From the NCBI RefSeq assembly GCF_965219815.1, contig NZ_OZ244791.1, positions 2,604,491 through 2,668,490 of the forward strand: 64,000 nt of DNA. The letters are read 5' to 3'. Shown here piece after piece: positions 17,504 to 26,724 of this stretch. The notes beneath the pieces were generated by a model. The model saw only the letters and a program-made list of their open reading frames with translations. It did no database searches and was not told the origin of the DNA. The DNA is from Candidatus Poriferisocius sp. (GTDB lineage: Bacteria > Actinomycetota > Acidimicrobiia > Acidimicrobiales > Bin134). The position numbers and the translations under genes are program-made. How positions within the stretch are numbered: position 1 is the stretch's first letter; every line of letters starts with the position of its first letter.

Positions 17504-19483
17504 TCAGATCTCCCGGCCTACTCGGGCGCCGGCGTGGATGGCGGCCATGATGCTGTTGGTGCCGTTGACGTCGCCCACCAGGTGCATGTTGAAGCGGGGT
17601 GTGCCGGATCGCTCATCCATTTCGGAGCGCAGGTGATCGGCCAGCTCGTTGTTGCAGTCGTGATAGCTCACGATCACCACGGTGTCGGCGTCAAAGCTCC
17701 GTTCGGTGTAGGTGCCCAGGTCGCGGGCGATCACTGCGTCGGAGGTGATCGCCCGGAGCGCCACTGCGGGGGTGAAGGAGAACGGTCCGCTTAGCAGCCG
17801 TTCGCGGCTGGCCTCAACGGTGGCGGCTGGATACAGGATGGTGGCCCCTAGTTGTTCGTGGCGGCTGAGGAAGGTCACCTCGGCGCCCGCGGCCATCAGG
17901 GCATCGCACACCGATATGGCCTCGAACGTGCCGGTGTCGTCGTACACCACTGCTCGTTTGCCGATGGCGGCTCGGCCGCCGAAGCCCAGCACCTCCCAAC
18001 TGGTGTAAACGTGGGGTAGGTCGGCGCCGGGGACCGATGTTGATGGCGCGGAGATCTGGAAGCCCCGGCGGGGGGTGGTGCCGGTGGCGATGACCAGCTC
18101 GTCGGGCCGCTCCTCGGCCACCACGTCGGGATCGACGGGGGAGCGGAGCTTCACGGTCACGCCGAGGCGGTCGAGCTCGTCGGCCAGGAATGCGGTGATC
18201 GCCCCCAGGTCGGACCGGGGCGGGGCCGAGGCCGCCATGCGGACCTGGCCGCCCAGTTCGCCGGTCATCTCGTAGAGGATCACTTCGTGGCCTCTCAGGG
18301 CCGCGGTGCGGGCTGCCTCCAAGCCGGCTGGGCCGCCGCCAGCCACGAGTACCCGCTTGGGCTCGGGCACCCGGTCGAGCGGCTCGAACGGCACTTTGGT
18401 TTCTTGTCCGGCCGCGGTGTTGACCACGCAGCGCATCTTTCCGGCCACCATGAAGCGGGCCACGCAGCCCACCGAGGTGCCGATGCAGGGGCGGGTCTCG
18501 CTTTCCCGGCCGTCGCGGGCCTTGGCTACCAGCTCGGGGTCGGCGATCATCCCCCGCACGATGGACACCAGATCGGCCATACCGCTCTTGATCAGGTGCT
18601 CGGCGTGGTCGAGGGTGGTGATGCGACCGGTGACGATGGTGGGAACATCCACCGCTTTGGTCACCACCTCGCTGGTGGGCACCTCGTAACCCAGTCCCTC
18701 GTCCAGCGTGGACAGCAGCCGGTGGAAGCGCCAGTACGACGACAGCGACACGTCCAGGAAGTCGATGTCGGGTTCCACCAGCTTGGCGATGGCGGCGGCT
18801 TCTTCCGGCTCTACCCCGCCTTCGATCTGGTCGTCGGCGGAGATGCGGATCCCGACGGGGAAGCCGGGGCTGGTCTCGGTTCGAATGGCGGCCAGGACCT
18901 CCCGCAGGAACCGGGTGCGGTTCTCGATACTGCCGCCATAGCTGTCGTATCGCAGGTTGGTGGCTGGGGAGAGGAATTGGCCGATCAGGTAGCCGTGAGC
19001 GCCGTGGAGCTCCACCCCGTCGAGTCCGCCCTGCTCGCACCGACGGGCCGCGGTGGCGAACGCCTCCACCAGCTCGTCGATCATGGCCTGGGTCAGCTCC
19101 TGAGGGACCACTCCCACCATCGGGCTGGGGATGGCGCTGGGGGCCAAGGGCTGCTGGAAGTTCTGGAGCGACCGCTGCTCGATGGCCGCGCCCCCGTGCC
19201 AAAGCTGCTGGAAAACCTTGCCGCCGGCGGCATGCAGGCGGGTGGCCATCTCCTCGTAGAACGGGATTACCCGGTCGGTGAACACCGGGATGTCGGTGGG
19301 CGATGAGGGATGGACTCCGGCGATCTGGAGAATGGTGAGCGCGGCGCCGCCTTTGGCCCGGGCCTCGTGGTAGGCAATCAGGTCCTCGCCGACCGCGCCG
19401 GTGCTGTGGGCGGCCCGGACGATTCGGTTGGGCAGCGTGCAGCCGCCGATGTCGAGCGGCTGGAACACGTTGGGGTAGGGCAT
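17504..19483 (-). CDS. Two-domain NADH:flavin oxidoreductase (OYE TIM-barrel plus FAD/NAD(P)-binding domain; 2,4-dienoyl-CoA reductase-like)
   Basis: Track ORF 17504..19534 trimmed to the ATG at 19483 (MPYPNVFQPLDIGGCTLPNRIVRAAHST). Also seen are GVELHGAHGYLIGQFLSP, a Cys-rich linker (RPCIGTSVGCVARF..MRCVVN) and a dinucleotide fold (VLVAGGGPAGLEAA). Confidence 0.85.
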   Translation of the reverse strand: MPYPNVFQPLDIGGCTLPNRIVRAAHSTGAVGEDLIAYHEARAKGGAALTILQIAGVHPSSPTDIPVFTDRVIPFYEEMATRLHAAGGKVFQQLWHGGAAIEQRSLQNFQQPLAPSAIPSPMVGVVPQELTQAMIDELVEAFATAARRCEQGGLDGVELHGAHGYLIGQFLSPATNLRYDSYGGSIENRTRFLREVLAAIRTETSPGFPVGIRISADDQIEGGVEPEEAAAIAKLVEPDIDFLDVSLSSYWRFHRLLSTLDEGLGYEVPTSEVVTKAVDVPTIVTGRITTLDHAEHLIKSGMADLVSIVRGMIADPELVAKARDGRESETRPCIGTSVGCVARFMVAGKMRCVVNTAAGQETKVPFEPLDRVPEPKRVLVAGGGPAGLEAARTAALRGHEVILYEMTGELGGQVRMAASAPPRSDLGAITAFLADELDRLGVTVKLRSPVDPDVVAEERPDELVIATGTTPRRGFQISAPSTSVPGADLPHVYTSWEVLGFGGRAAIGKRAVVYDDTGTFEAISVCDALMAAGAEVTFLSRHEQLGATILYPAATVEASRERLLSGPFSFTPAVALRAITSDAVIARDLGTYTERSFDADTVVIVSYHDCNNELADHLRSEMDERSGTPRFNMHLVGDVNGTNSIMAAIHAGARVGREI

Positions 19484-19563
19484 GGGGCTATTCGGGTCCC
19501 TTTTCTCCGACTCTTTCCATCTCTCCTGTCTCAATTGTCAGCGCGGGCCGATAAGTTCACTGC

Positions 19564-22422
19564 GTGGCCGACGAGATCGTCATCCATGGTGCGCGTGAGC
19601 ACAACCTGCGCGACGTCCATCTGACGATACCCCGCGACAAGCTCATCGTATTCACCGGCATCTCCGGGTCGGGCAAGTCGTCGTTGGCCTTCGACACCAT
19701 CTACGCCGAGGGGCAGCGCCGCTATGTGGAGTCGCTGTCGGCCTACGCCCGGCAGTTCCTGGGCCAGATGGACAAGCCCGATGTGGACTTCATCGACGGT
19801 CTGTCGCCGGCCATCTCCATCGATCAGAAGAGCGCCTCCCGCAATCCCCGCTCCACGGTGGGGACCATCACCGAGGTGTACGACTACCTGCGGCTGCTGT
19901 TCGCCCGCATCGGCATCCCCCACGATCCCGAGACCGGGGAGCGCCTAGTGCGCCAGACCCCCCAGCAGATCGTCGACCGGGTGATGGAGATGGACGAGGG
20001 GGTTCGGTTCCAGGTGCTGGCCCCGGTGGTGCGGGGCCGCAAGGGCACCTACGACACGATGCTGGCCGAGTTGGCCTCCGACGGGTTTGCCCGGGCCATC
20101 GTGGACGGCGACCTGATCGAGCTGGACAACGGCATCGACGACCTGGACCTGGCCCGATACGAGATGCACAGCATCTCGGTGGTGGTCGACCGGCTGGTGA
20201 TGCGGGAGGGCATCGAGCGGCGGCTCACCGAGTCGATGGAAACCGCCCTGGGTCTGGCCGAGGGCGTGGCCGAGCTGATGGTCATGCCCCAGGATGCCGA
20301 CTCCGACGAGGAGCCCCAGACCATCACGTTCTCCCAGCACCTGTCCCGGCCCTCCGACGGCAAGTCGTTCGAGGAGCTGGCCCCCCGCAACTTCTCCTTC
20401 AACTCGCCCTACGGGGCGTGCACATCGTGCGATGGACTGGGGTCGGTGTTCGAGGTGGATCCCCAGCTGGTGATTCCCGACCCCGACCTGAGCCTGGAGG
20501 ACGGCGCCATCGCCCCGTGGGCCAAGGGCCACAACCAGTACTTCAAGCGCCTGGTGGAATCGGTGGCCGAGGATCGGGACATCCCCATGGACCAGCCGTG
20601 GGGAAGCCTCGATCGCCAGCACCACGACCTGCTGCTCTACGGCAAGGGCATCGCCAACCAGCGCACCGAGGTCCGGTTCCGCAACCGCTATGGCCGGGTC
20701 CGCCGCTACAACGCCCGTTACGAAGGCGTGATCCCCTATCTCCAGCGCCGCCACAGCGAGTCGGACTCCGACGCCGTGCGGACCCAGATCGAGGGGTACA
20801 TGCGGGAGGTTGCCTGCTCAACGTGCCAGGGTGCCCGGCTGAATCCGCTGTCGCTGGCCGTGACCGTGGACGGCCGCACCATCGACGAGGTGTGCGGGTT
20901 GTCGATCCGGGATTCGGCCGCCGCCCTGGCCTCGCTGGAGTTGTCGGAGCGCGACCAGGCCATCGCCGGACAGGTGCTCAAGGAGATCAATGCCCGACTC
21001 AAGTTCCTGCTCGACGTGGGGCTGGAATATCTGACTCTGGGGCGGTCGGCTGGCACTCTCAGCGGGGGAGAGGCCCAGCGCATCCGGCTGGCGTCGCAGA
21101 TCGGCAGCGGCCTCGTCGGCGTGCTCTACGTGCTGGACGAGCCCTCCATCGGCCTGCACCAGCGGGACAACCGCCGCCTCATCGACACCCTGGAGCGGAT
21201 GCGCGATCTGGGCAACACCGTGCTGGTGGTGGAGCACGACGAGGAGACCGTGCGGGTGGCCGACCACGTGGTGGACATCGGCCCCGGCGCCGGCGAGCAC
21301 GGCGGCACTGTGGTCCACTCCGGGACGGTGGCCGGCCTGATGAAGAACAAGGGGTCGCTCACCGGCCAGTACCTGTCGGGAAAGAAGTCGATCCCGATTC
21401 CTGAGCACCGGCGGAATCCCGGCGACGACTGGCTCACCATCCGGGGCGCCCGAGAGCACAACCTGGCCGACATCGACATCGACATCCCCCTGGGCTGCTT
21501 CGTGACCGTGACCGGGGTGTCGGGCTCGGGCAAGTCCACCCTGGTCAACGACATCTTGTACCGGTCTCTGATGCAGCGCATCTACAAGTCCAAGATCCCG
21601 CCTGGTCTGCACAAGGGCATCGATGGCACCGAGGCCCTCGACAAGGTGATCAACATCGACCAGCAGCCCATCGGCCGCACCCCCCGGTCGAACCCGGCCA
21701 CCTACACCAGCGTGTTCGACCACATCCGCAAGCTGTTCGCCCAGACCCCCGAGTCGCGGGTGAGGGGCTACATGCCGGGCCGGTTCTCCTTCAACGTGAA
21801 GGGCGGCCGCTGCGAGGCCTGCTCGGGCGACGGCACCATCAAGATCGAGATGCACTTTCTGCCCGACGTGTACGTGCCCTGCGAGGTGTGCAAGGGGGCC
21901 CGCTACAACCGAGACACCCTCGATATCGAGTTCAAGGGCAAGACCATCTCCGAGGTGCTCGACATGTCGTGCGCAGATGCCCTGGAGTTCTTCGGCAACC
22001 AGCCGGCCATCACCCGCCACATGCAGACCCTGGTGGACGTCGGCCTGGGCTACATCCGCCTCGGCCAGCCCGCCCCCACGCTGTCGGGGGGTGAGGCCCA
22101 GCGGGTGAAGCTGGCCTCCGAGCTGGCCAAGCGCCCCACCGGCCACACCATCTACATCCTCGATGAGCCCACCACCGGCCTGCACTTCGACGACGTCCGC
22201 AAGCTGCTGGCCGTGCTCAGCCGCCTGGTGGACCAGGGCAACACCGTGCTGGTGATCGAGCACAACCTCGACGTGGTCAAGACCGCGGACTGGATCGTGG
22301 ACCTCGGCCCCGAGGGCGGCGACAACGGCGGCACCGTCGTGGCCGAAGGCGCTCCTGAGCTAGTAGCCCGCTCCGACCACAGCTACACCGGCAAATTCCT
22401 CCGCCCGGTGCTGGGCATCTGA
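19564..22422 (+). CDS. uvrA: Excinuclease ABC subunit A
   Basis: ORF track (GTG start), 952 aa. It has two ABC ATPase modules ([61 protein letters not shown]) and zinc-finger Cys pairs. Confidence 0.97.
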   Translation: MADEIVIHGAREHNLRDVHLTIPRDKLIVFTGISGSGKSSLAFDTIYAEGQRRYVESLSAYARQFLGQMDKPDVDFIDGLSPAISIDQKSASRNPRSTVGTITEVYDYLRLLFARIGIPHDPETGERLVRQTPQQIVDRVMEMDEGVRFQVLAPVVRGRKGTYDTMLAELASDGFARAIVDGDLIELDNGIDDLDLARYEMHSISVVVDRLVMREGIERRLTESMETALGLAEGVAELMVMPQDADSDEEPQTITFSQHLSRPSDGKSFEELAPRNFSFNSPYGACTSCDGLGSVFEVDPQLVIPDPDLSLEDGAIAPWAKGHNQYFKRLVESVAEDRDIPMDQPWGSLDRQHHDLLLYGKGIANQRTEVRFRNRYGRVRRYNARYEGVIPYLQRRHSESDSDAVRTQIEGYMREVACSTCQGARLNPLSLAVTVDGRTIDEVCGLSIRDSAAALASLELSERDQAIAGQVLKEINARLKFLLDVGLEYLTLGRSAGTLSGGEAQRIRLASQIGSGLVGVLYVLDEPSIGLHQRDNRRLIDTLERMRDLGNTVLVVEHDEETVRVADHVVDIGPGAGEHGGTVVHSGTVAGLMKNKGSLTGQYLSGKKSIPIPEHRRNPGDDWLTIRGAREHNLADIDIDIPLGCFVTVTGVSGSGKSTLVNDILYRSLMQRIYKSKIPPGLHKGIDGTEALDKVINIDQQPIGRTPRSNPATYTSVFDHIRKLFAQTPESRVRGYMPGRFSFNVKGGRCEACSGDGTIKIEMHFLPDVYVPCEVCKGARYNRDTLDIEFKGKTISEVLDMSCADALEFFGNQPAITRHMQTLVDVGLGYIRLGQPAPTLSGGEAQRVKLASELAKRPTGHTIYILDEPTTGLHFDDVRKLLAVLSRLVDQGNTVLVIEHNLDVVKTADWIVDLGPEGGDNGGTVVAEGAPELVARSDHSYTGKFLRPVLGI

Positions 22423-22490
22423 TTGCCCCACCGCAACGCGGGTCACCAAGCCCACGGGCGGACTGCTAGCCGAGTCATTAGGCTCCGCCT

Positions 22491-24023
22491 ATGGATCGGC
22501 GCGACTTTTTGCGGGCCGCCGTTGTCGCCACCGGGGGCGCCGTCACCGTTCCCCTGGTTGGCAGTGCAGTGGGCGCCCAACCCGGCTCCGGGCCCTATGG
22601 GGCTCTCGACGGCATAGAGCCTGACGAGAACGGCATCCTCTTGCCCCCCGGGTTCACGTCTCGAATAGTGGCGATGGCCGGTGAGCCGGTGGGGAATTCC
22701 GACTACCGGTGGCTTGTCTACCCCGACGGGGCCGCCGTGTTCGACGACGGCGAGGGTGGCTGGTACCACACGGTCAACAGCGAGGTGTTCCGACCAGGTT
22801 TCGCGGGAGTTTCGGCCATTCACTACGGCCCCGACGGCGAAATCCTCGATGCTTACCGGTTGCTAGGGGACAGCAACGCCAATTGCGGCGGCGGGCCGAC
22901 CCCATGGGGAACCTTCTTGTCCGGTGAGGAGGACTTCACCGGCTACGGGGTGATCTGGGAGTGCGATCCATCCGGCGCCAAGCCGTCGGTGTCCCATCCG
23001 GCGATGGGGATCTTCACCCACGAAGCGGCCGCGGTCGATCCCGATCGCCAACAGGTGTATATGACCGAGGACCAGTACGACGGGCTGTTCTACCGGTTCA
23101 CCCCCACCAACTACCCGGATTTGAGCGAGGGATTGCTTGAGGCTGCCCGCGTGGAGGAAGACGGGAGTGTCACTTGGATTGAAGTTCCCGACCCGTCGGC
23201 CGCCGAGACGCTTACTCGCCAGCAGCTGCCCGGAGAGGCGACGGCGTTCTTGGGTGGCGAGGGCATCTGGTATCACAACGATGTCGTGTTCTGGGCGACC
23301 AAATTCGACAACATCATCCATGCGATCAATACCGCCGACCAGACCTACAGCCGGATCTACGAGGCCGACCCGGCCATGGTGTCGGAGGGAACCGCGATCC
23401 TCTCAGGGGTGGACAACCTCACCGTGGACGGAGGCAGCGGCGACGTGTATGTGGCTGAAGACGGCGGCAACATGGAGATCGTCATCATCACGCCCGAGGG
23501 CGAGGTCGCCCCGTTCTTGCGCGTTCTGGACCAGGACGGGTCGGAGATCACCGGGCCGGTCTTCAATCCCCGGCGCGATCGCCTCTACTTCTCCAGCCAG
23601 CGCGGTCAGGCCCCCAACAATGCCGAAGATGTCCTTCCCGAATCTGAGATCACGGGGAACTTCACCGGCATCACCTACGAGGTAACCGGACCCTTCCGCG
23701 GCATTGTGCCCGAAGAGCCGGAGCCAACACCGACTGCCGCTCCGACCGTCGTCACAACCCCAACCCCCACGGCCACATCAACTACCGCTCCCACAGCCGC
23801 CCCCACAGCCGCGCTCACACCGGCACCAACCCCGGCCCCCACGGCCGCATCAACCAGGGCAGCCACCCCCGCACCAACCGAAACCATCGCCGCCGCAGCC
23901 GACACCGGTGGCAACGGAGGAGGAGGCGGAAACACCGGAGTCTTCGTCGGCATAGGCGTAGCCGCCGCAGCCGTAGTAGCCGGAGCCCTAGTGGCGACCC
24001 GAAGAAGGCGCCCCGCCGAATAA
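22491..24023 (+). CDS. Tat-exported DUF839 (PhoX-like beta-propeller) protein with Pro/Thr/Ala linker and C-terminal membrane anchor
   Basis: ORF track. The twin-arginine signal is MDRRDFLRAAVVATGG. The DUF839-type motif is NCGGGPTPWGTFLSGEED. A PT/A-rich linker spans about nt 23710-23895. The tail is AADTGGNGGGGGNTG-VFVGIGVAAAAVVAGALVA-TRRRRPAE. Confidence 0.7.
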   Translation: MDRRDFLRAAVVATGGAVTVPLVGSAVGAQPGSGPYGALDGIEPDENGILLPPGFTSRIVAMAGEPVGNSDYRWLVYPDGAAVFDDGEGGWYHTVNSEVFRPGFAGVSAIHYGPDGEILDAYRLLGDSNANCGGGPTPWGTFLSGEEDFTGYGVIWECDPSGAKPSVSHPAMGIFTHEAAAVDPDRQQVYMTEDQYDGLFYRFTPTNYPDLSEGLLEAARVEEDGSVTWIEVPDPSAAETLTRQQLPGEATAFLGGEGIWYHNDVVFWATKFDNIIHAINTADQTYSRIYEADPAMVSEGTAILSGVDNLTVDGGSGDVYVAEDGGNMEIVIITPEGEVAPFLRVLDQDGSEITGPVFNPRRDRLYFSSQRGQAPNNAEDVLPESEITGNFTGITYEVTGPFRGIVPEEPEPTPTAAPTVVTTPTPTATSTTAPTAAPTAALTPAPTPAPTAASTRAATPAPTETIAAAADTGGNGGGGGNTGVFVGIGVAAAAVVAGALVATRRRRPAE

Positions 24024-24052
24024 CCAGCCCCGACGGCGAGGTCCGTCCTCTG

Positions 24053-24508
24053 CTACTGGAACAAAGCCGAGGGCTCTCCGAAGATCACGTTCTCGGGGTC
24101 GAAATCAGGATTGGCCACCAGCACCTCGCACTCCATCCGGTCTGGATCCCGGAAGAACATGCTGAGCTTGCGCCCGAACACCGTCACGACGCCATCGGTC
24201 GCCCCAGACGCCATCAGCCGTTCTCTGATCTCTGAGAACTCCTCCAAGCTGGCCGCCAGCAGCCCGATGTGGTCGATCCGCCCCCTGCCGTACATCGGGA
24301 TCTGGTTGTCAGCCTCGGTATTCCCCTCAATCTCAAACACGTTCAGCTCGCAGTCCGGCCCAATGTTGATGATGGACATACGCGGCCCACCCGGAAACTC
24401 CGGCCCGTCAAACTCAATCAAAGCCCCAAAGTTCTCCACATAAAACCGCTGAAGCCGATCCGAGTCCTTCGTAATAGTCGCCACATGGTCAATCCCCGCC
24501 GTCAGCAT
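24053..24508 (-). CDS. VOC (glyoxalase/bleomycin-resistance/dioxygenase) family protein
   Basis: ORF track, 151 aa. The N-terminal GIDHVATITKD, the internal RIDHIGLLAASLEEF, and LSMFFRDPDRMECEV fit the paired beta-alpha-beta-beta-beta VOC pattern. Confidence 0.7.
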   Translation of the reverse strand: MLTAGIDHVATITKDSDRLQRFYVENFGALIEFDGPEFPGGPRMSIINIGPDCELNVFEIEGNTEADNQIPMYGRGRIDHIGLLAASLEEFSEIRERLMASGATDGVVTVFGRKLSMFFRDPDRMECEVLVANPDFDPENVIFGEPSALFQ

Positions 24509-24519
24509 GCCTGCCCTTC

Positions 24520-24549
24520 CTCGTAGGGTTCATAGCCAAACCCTACGAG
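24520..24549. repeat. Perfect 11-bp inverted repeat with 8-nt loop
   Basis: CTCGTAGGGTT-catagcca-AACCCTACGAG, read directly. It lies between the HNH gene stop (24601) and the VOC gene start (24508), both on the minus strand. Confidence 0.85.
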
Positions 24550-24600
24550 CTTGGATCTCTGGTTCATTGATTCGGTTGCCGCTGCCTTCTTGAGAAGACC

Positions 24601-25839
24601 TCAGTTCAGAAGGACGGAATTTCGTTGGGCTGGACGATATGTATCCACCCCGGAGTCGGGGAAGGGGTCGGGAGGCGGATTGACGCTGCGACGTCCAGTG
24701 TCAGATTCGCAAGTGACTTCCCAGCCGTCGTCATGGATGCTGTGATGGCACTTGTTGCACACCAGCACGAGGTTGGCGAAGTCGGTGGGCCCTCCGTTCC
24801 TCCAGAATTGGACGTGGTGGGCGAAGCACCGGTGTGCACTGGCCCCGCAACCGATGCACTCCTTGTCCCGATAAATCAAGGCGGCCCGTTGAGCGTCAGA
24901 AGCGGTGCGCCTCTTGCGACCCAGGTTCATCTCCTGGGTGGCAGTACGGAACACACCCGGCAGCAGGTCGGCGTCGCAGGCCAGTCGGATCAGCTCGCTA
25001 GTTGGGATCGGGCTGCCGTCGGCCAGGCGGGCGTTGACCAGTTCTTGGTTGACAACGTCGTAGTCGGCCACCACCATCAGCGCGATGCCCTTGGCCTTGC
25101 CCTTTCCCGGTTCAAGTATCAGCTCAGCCAGTGCGTCGGCCATCCGCTGCTGGGGAGTTCGCCGGCTCTTCGGATCCTCCGCATTCCACAACTCCCGCTC
25201 TTTGGCAGCTAGCACCGTGTCAATGTGAGCGCCGGTTGTGGGATCAAACTCCCCTGACAGCACGAACATCCCGGTCTCGCGGCTTACAAACGCCCTCGCG
25301 GTGCGGTTCTCACGTTGACGGTCGAAAATCGACTGCCCATCGTCGTCCGACATCTCCTGTTGGTGGCTTCGCAGCGTCTTGGCGAACTTGTCGTAGTTCT
25401 CCCGCTGCGCGGCCTCGGCCAGCACCGACTCGTCGATTGGACCCTCAGAAGCCGCCCGAGCAATCAATCGAGCATGACCCGCCGGGATCTCTCCAGCCTC
25501 CAACCCCGCCGAAGTAACCGGCAGTTCGGCCAATTGGGCTGAAGACTTCACGTCCCGGGTGGCCTCTCTGCGGGACGATTGCAGCTCTTCGCGCAAAACC
25601 CGCTCGACTGCTTCCACGCCGTGCTGATCCCGCTCGGCATTGACAAGGCGTGTCTTCCATCCGGCCAAACAAGCCTCAGCCCGCCCCACCGAAACCAAAG
25701 CAGCCCGCCGCTCAGCCCCCGACATCTCTGCCGGGTCTGTCACGGGCACCTCCAAAGTGACCTCAAACTCCCTGGTCACAGCCTCATTAGCCATGCCAGC
25801 GACTATACCCACCACCTGTGACAGTTGGTCTCCCACCAC
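24601..25839 (-). CDS. DUF222-type HNH endonuclease (REP13E12-like family)
   Basis: ORF track (GTG at 25839; ATG at 25794 is an alternative start). The long helical N-terminal region is typical of actinobacterial DUF222 proteins. The C-terminal HNH motif is CIGCGASAHRCFAHHVQFWRNGGPTDFANLVLVCNKCHHSIHDDGW. Confidence 0.85.
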   Translation of the reverse strand: MVGDQLSQVVGIVAGMANEAVTREFEVTLEVPVTDPAEMSGAERRAALVSVGRAEACLAGWKTRLVNAERDQHGVEAVERVLREELQSSRREATRDVKSSAQLAELPVTSAGLEAGEIPAGHARLIARAASEGPIDESVLAEAAQRENYDKFAKTLRSHQQEMSDDDGQSIFDRQRENRTARAFVSRETGMFVLSGEFDPTTGAHIDTVLAAKERELWNAEDPKSRRTPQQRMADALAELILEPGKGKAKGIALMVVADYDVVNQELVNARLADGSPIPTSELIRLACDADLLPGVFRTATQEMNLGRKRRTASDAQRAALIYRDKECIGCGASAHRCFAHHVQFWRNGGPTDFANLVLVCNKCHHSIHDDGWEVTCESDTGRRSVNPPPDPFPDSGVDTYRPAQRNSVLLN

Positions 25840-25950
25840 CTACCCCCTGCGGGATGACACGCAGCGAGATATGAGCTTGTCGCTCCCTAGGAGTAGTCTG
25901 AATCCCTCTGTATAGCCTGTGGATAACTCCGCAGCGGAAAGGGAGCGGTC

Positions 25951-26706
25951 ATGGCTGACCGAACCGGCATTGAGTGGACCGAGACAACCTGGAATCCAAC
26001 CACCGGCTGCGATCGGGTCTCCATTGGCTGTGACAACTGCTACGCGCTCACTTTGGCCAAGCGGCTCAAGGCAATGGGCAATCCCAAGTACCAGAACGAC
26101 GGAGACCCCAAAACCAGTGGTCCAGGATTCGGCTTGACGCTCCACGAGTACCAGTTGGAACTTCCTTACCGGTGGAGGGCACCCAGGTTGGTGTTCGTGA
26201 ACTCGATGAGCGACCTCTTCCACCCTGAGGTACCGCTGGAGTTCATCCAGAAGGTGTTCGCCGTAATGGCCGACACGCCACAACACACCTACCAGATACT
26301 GACGAAGCGCTCGCAGCGCCTCGCTGCACTCGCTGAAGAGCTGGACTGGCAAGAGAACATCTGGATGGGTGTGACTGTAGAAACGGAGCGATATGCCTTC
26401 CGGATCGACCATCTACGCTCAGTCAACGCCGCAGTGAGGTTCATCAGCGCTGAGCCCCTACTGGGCCCTCTTCCTGATCTCAACCTGTCGGGGATCAATT
26501 GGCTGATTGCCGGCGGCGAGAGCGGACACGGTGCCCGCCCTGTCGAGGAATCATGGGTTCGGGATCTTCGTGACCAGTGCATTGCCGCGGGCACTGCCTT
26601 CTTCTTCAAGCAGTGGGGTGGTCGCACTCCCAAAGCAAATGGACGCGAGTTGGACGGCATCCACCATGACGACATGCCAGACGGCTTAGTTTGCGCTGGC
26701 TCCTAG
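25951..26706 (+). CDS. DUF5131 / phage Gp37-Gp68 family protein (three-Cys motif)
   Basis: ORF track, 251 aa. Motifs seen: TGIEWTETTWNPTTGC-x6-C-x2-C (C20, C27, C30; nt 26008-26040), FVNSMSDLFH, FISAEPLLGPL, WLIAGGESG and FFFKQWGG. AAGGGAG lies upstream of the ATG. Confidence 0.85.
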   Translation: MADRTGIEWTETTWNPTTGCDRVSIGCDNCYALTLAKRLKAMGNPKYQNDGDPKTSGPGFGLTLHEYQLELPYRWRAPRLVFVNSMSDLFHPEVPLEFIQKVFAVMADTPQHTYQILTKRSQRLAALAEELDWQENIWMGVTVETERYAFRIDHLRSVNAAVRFISAEPLLGPLPDLNLSGINWLIAGGESGHGARPVEESWVRDLRDQCIAAGTAFFFKQWGGRTPKANGRELDGIHHDDMPDGLVCAGS

Positions 26707-26724
26707 CCCCGAAAGAAGGAACCA

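Noticed and set aside
23895-23909. AADTG taken as a bona fide LPXTG/LAXTG sortase site.
   Set aside because: The first position is not Leu, and a 10-residue Gly-rich spacer precedes the TM helix. It is kept only as a low-confidence note and is not annotated as a sorting signal.
23704-23955. An 83-aa proline-rich + strand ORF and a 92-aa minus-strand ORF (23675..23953) over the PT-linker.
   Set aside because: Both are alternate readings of the low-complexity Pro/Thr/Ala linker of the DUF839 gene, which is continuous in its own frame through to the TM anchor.
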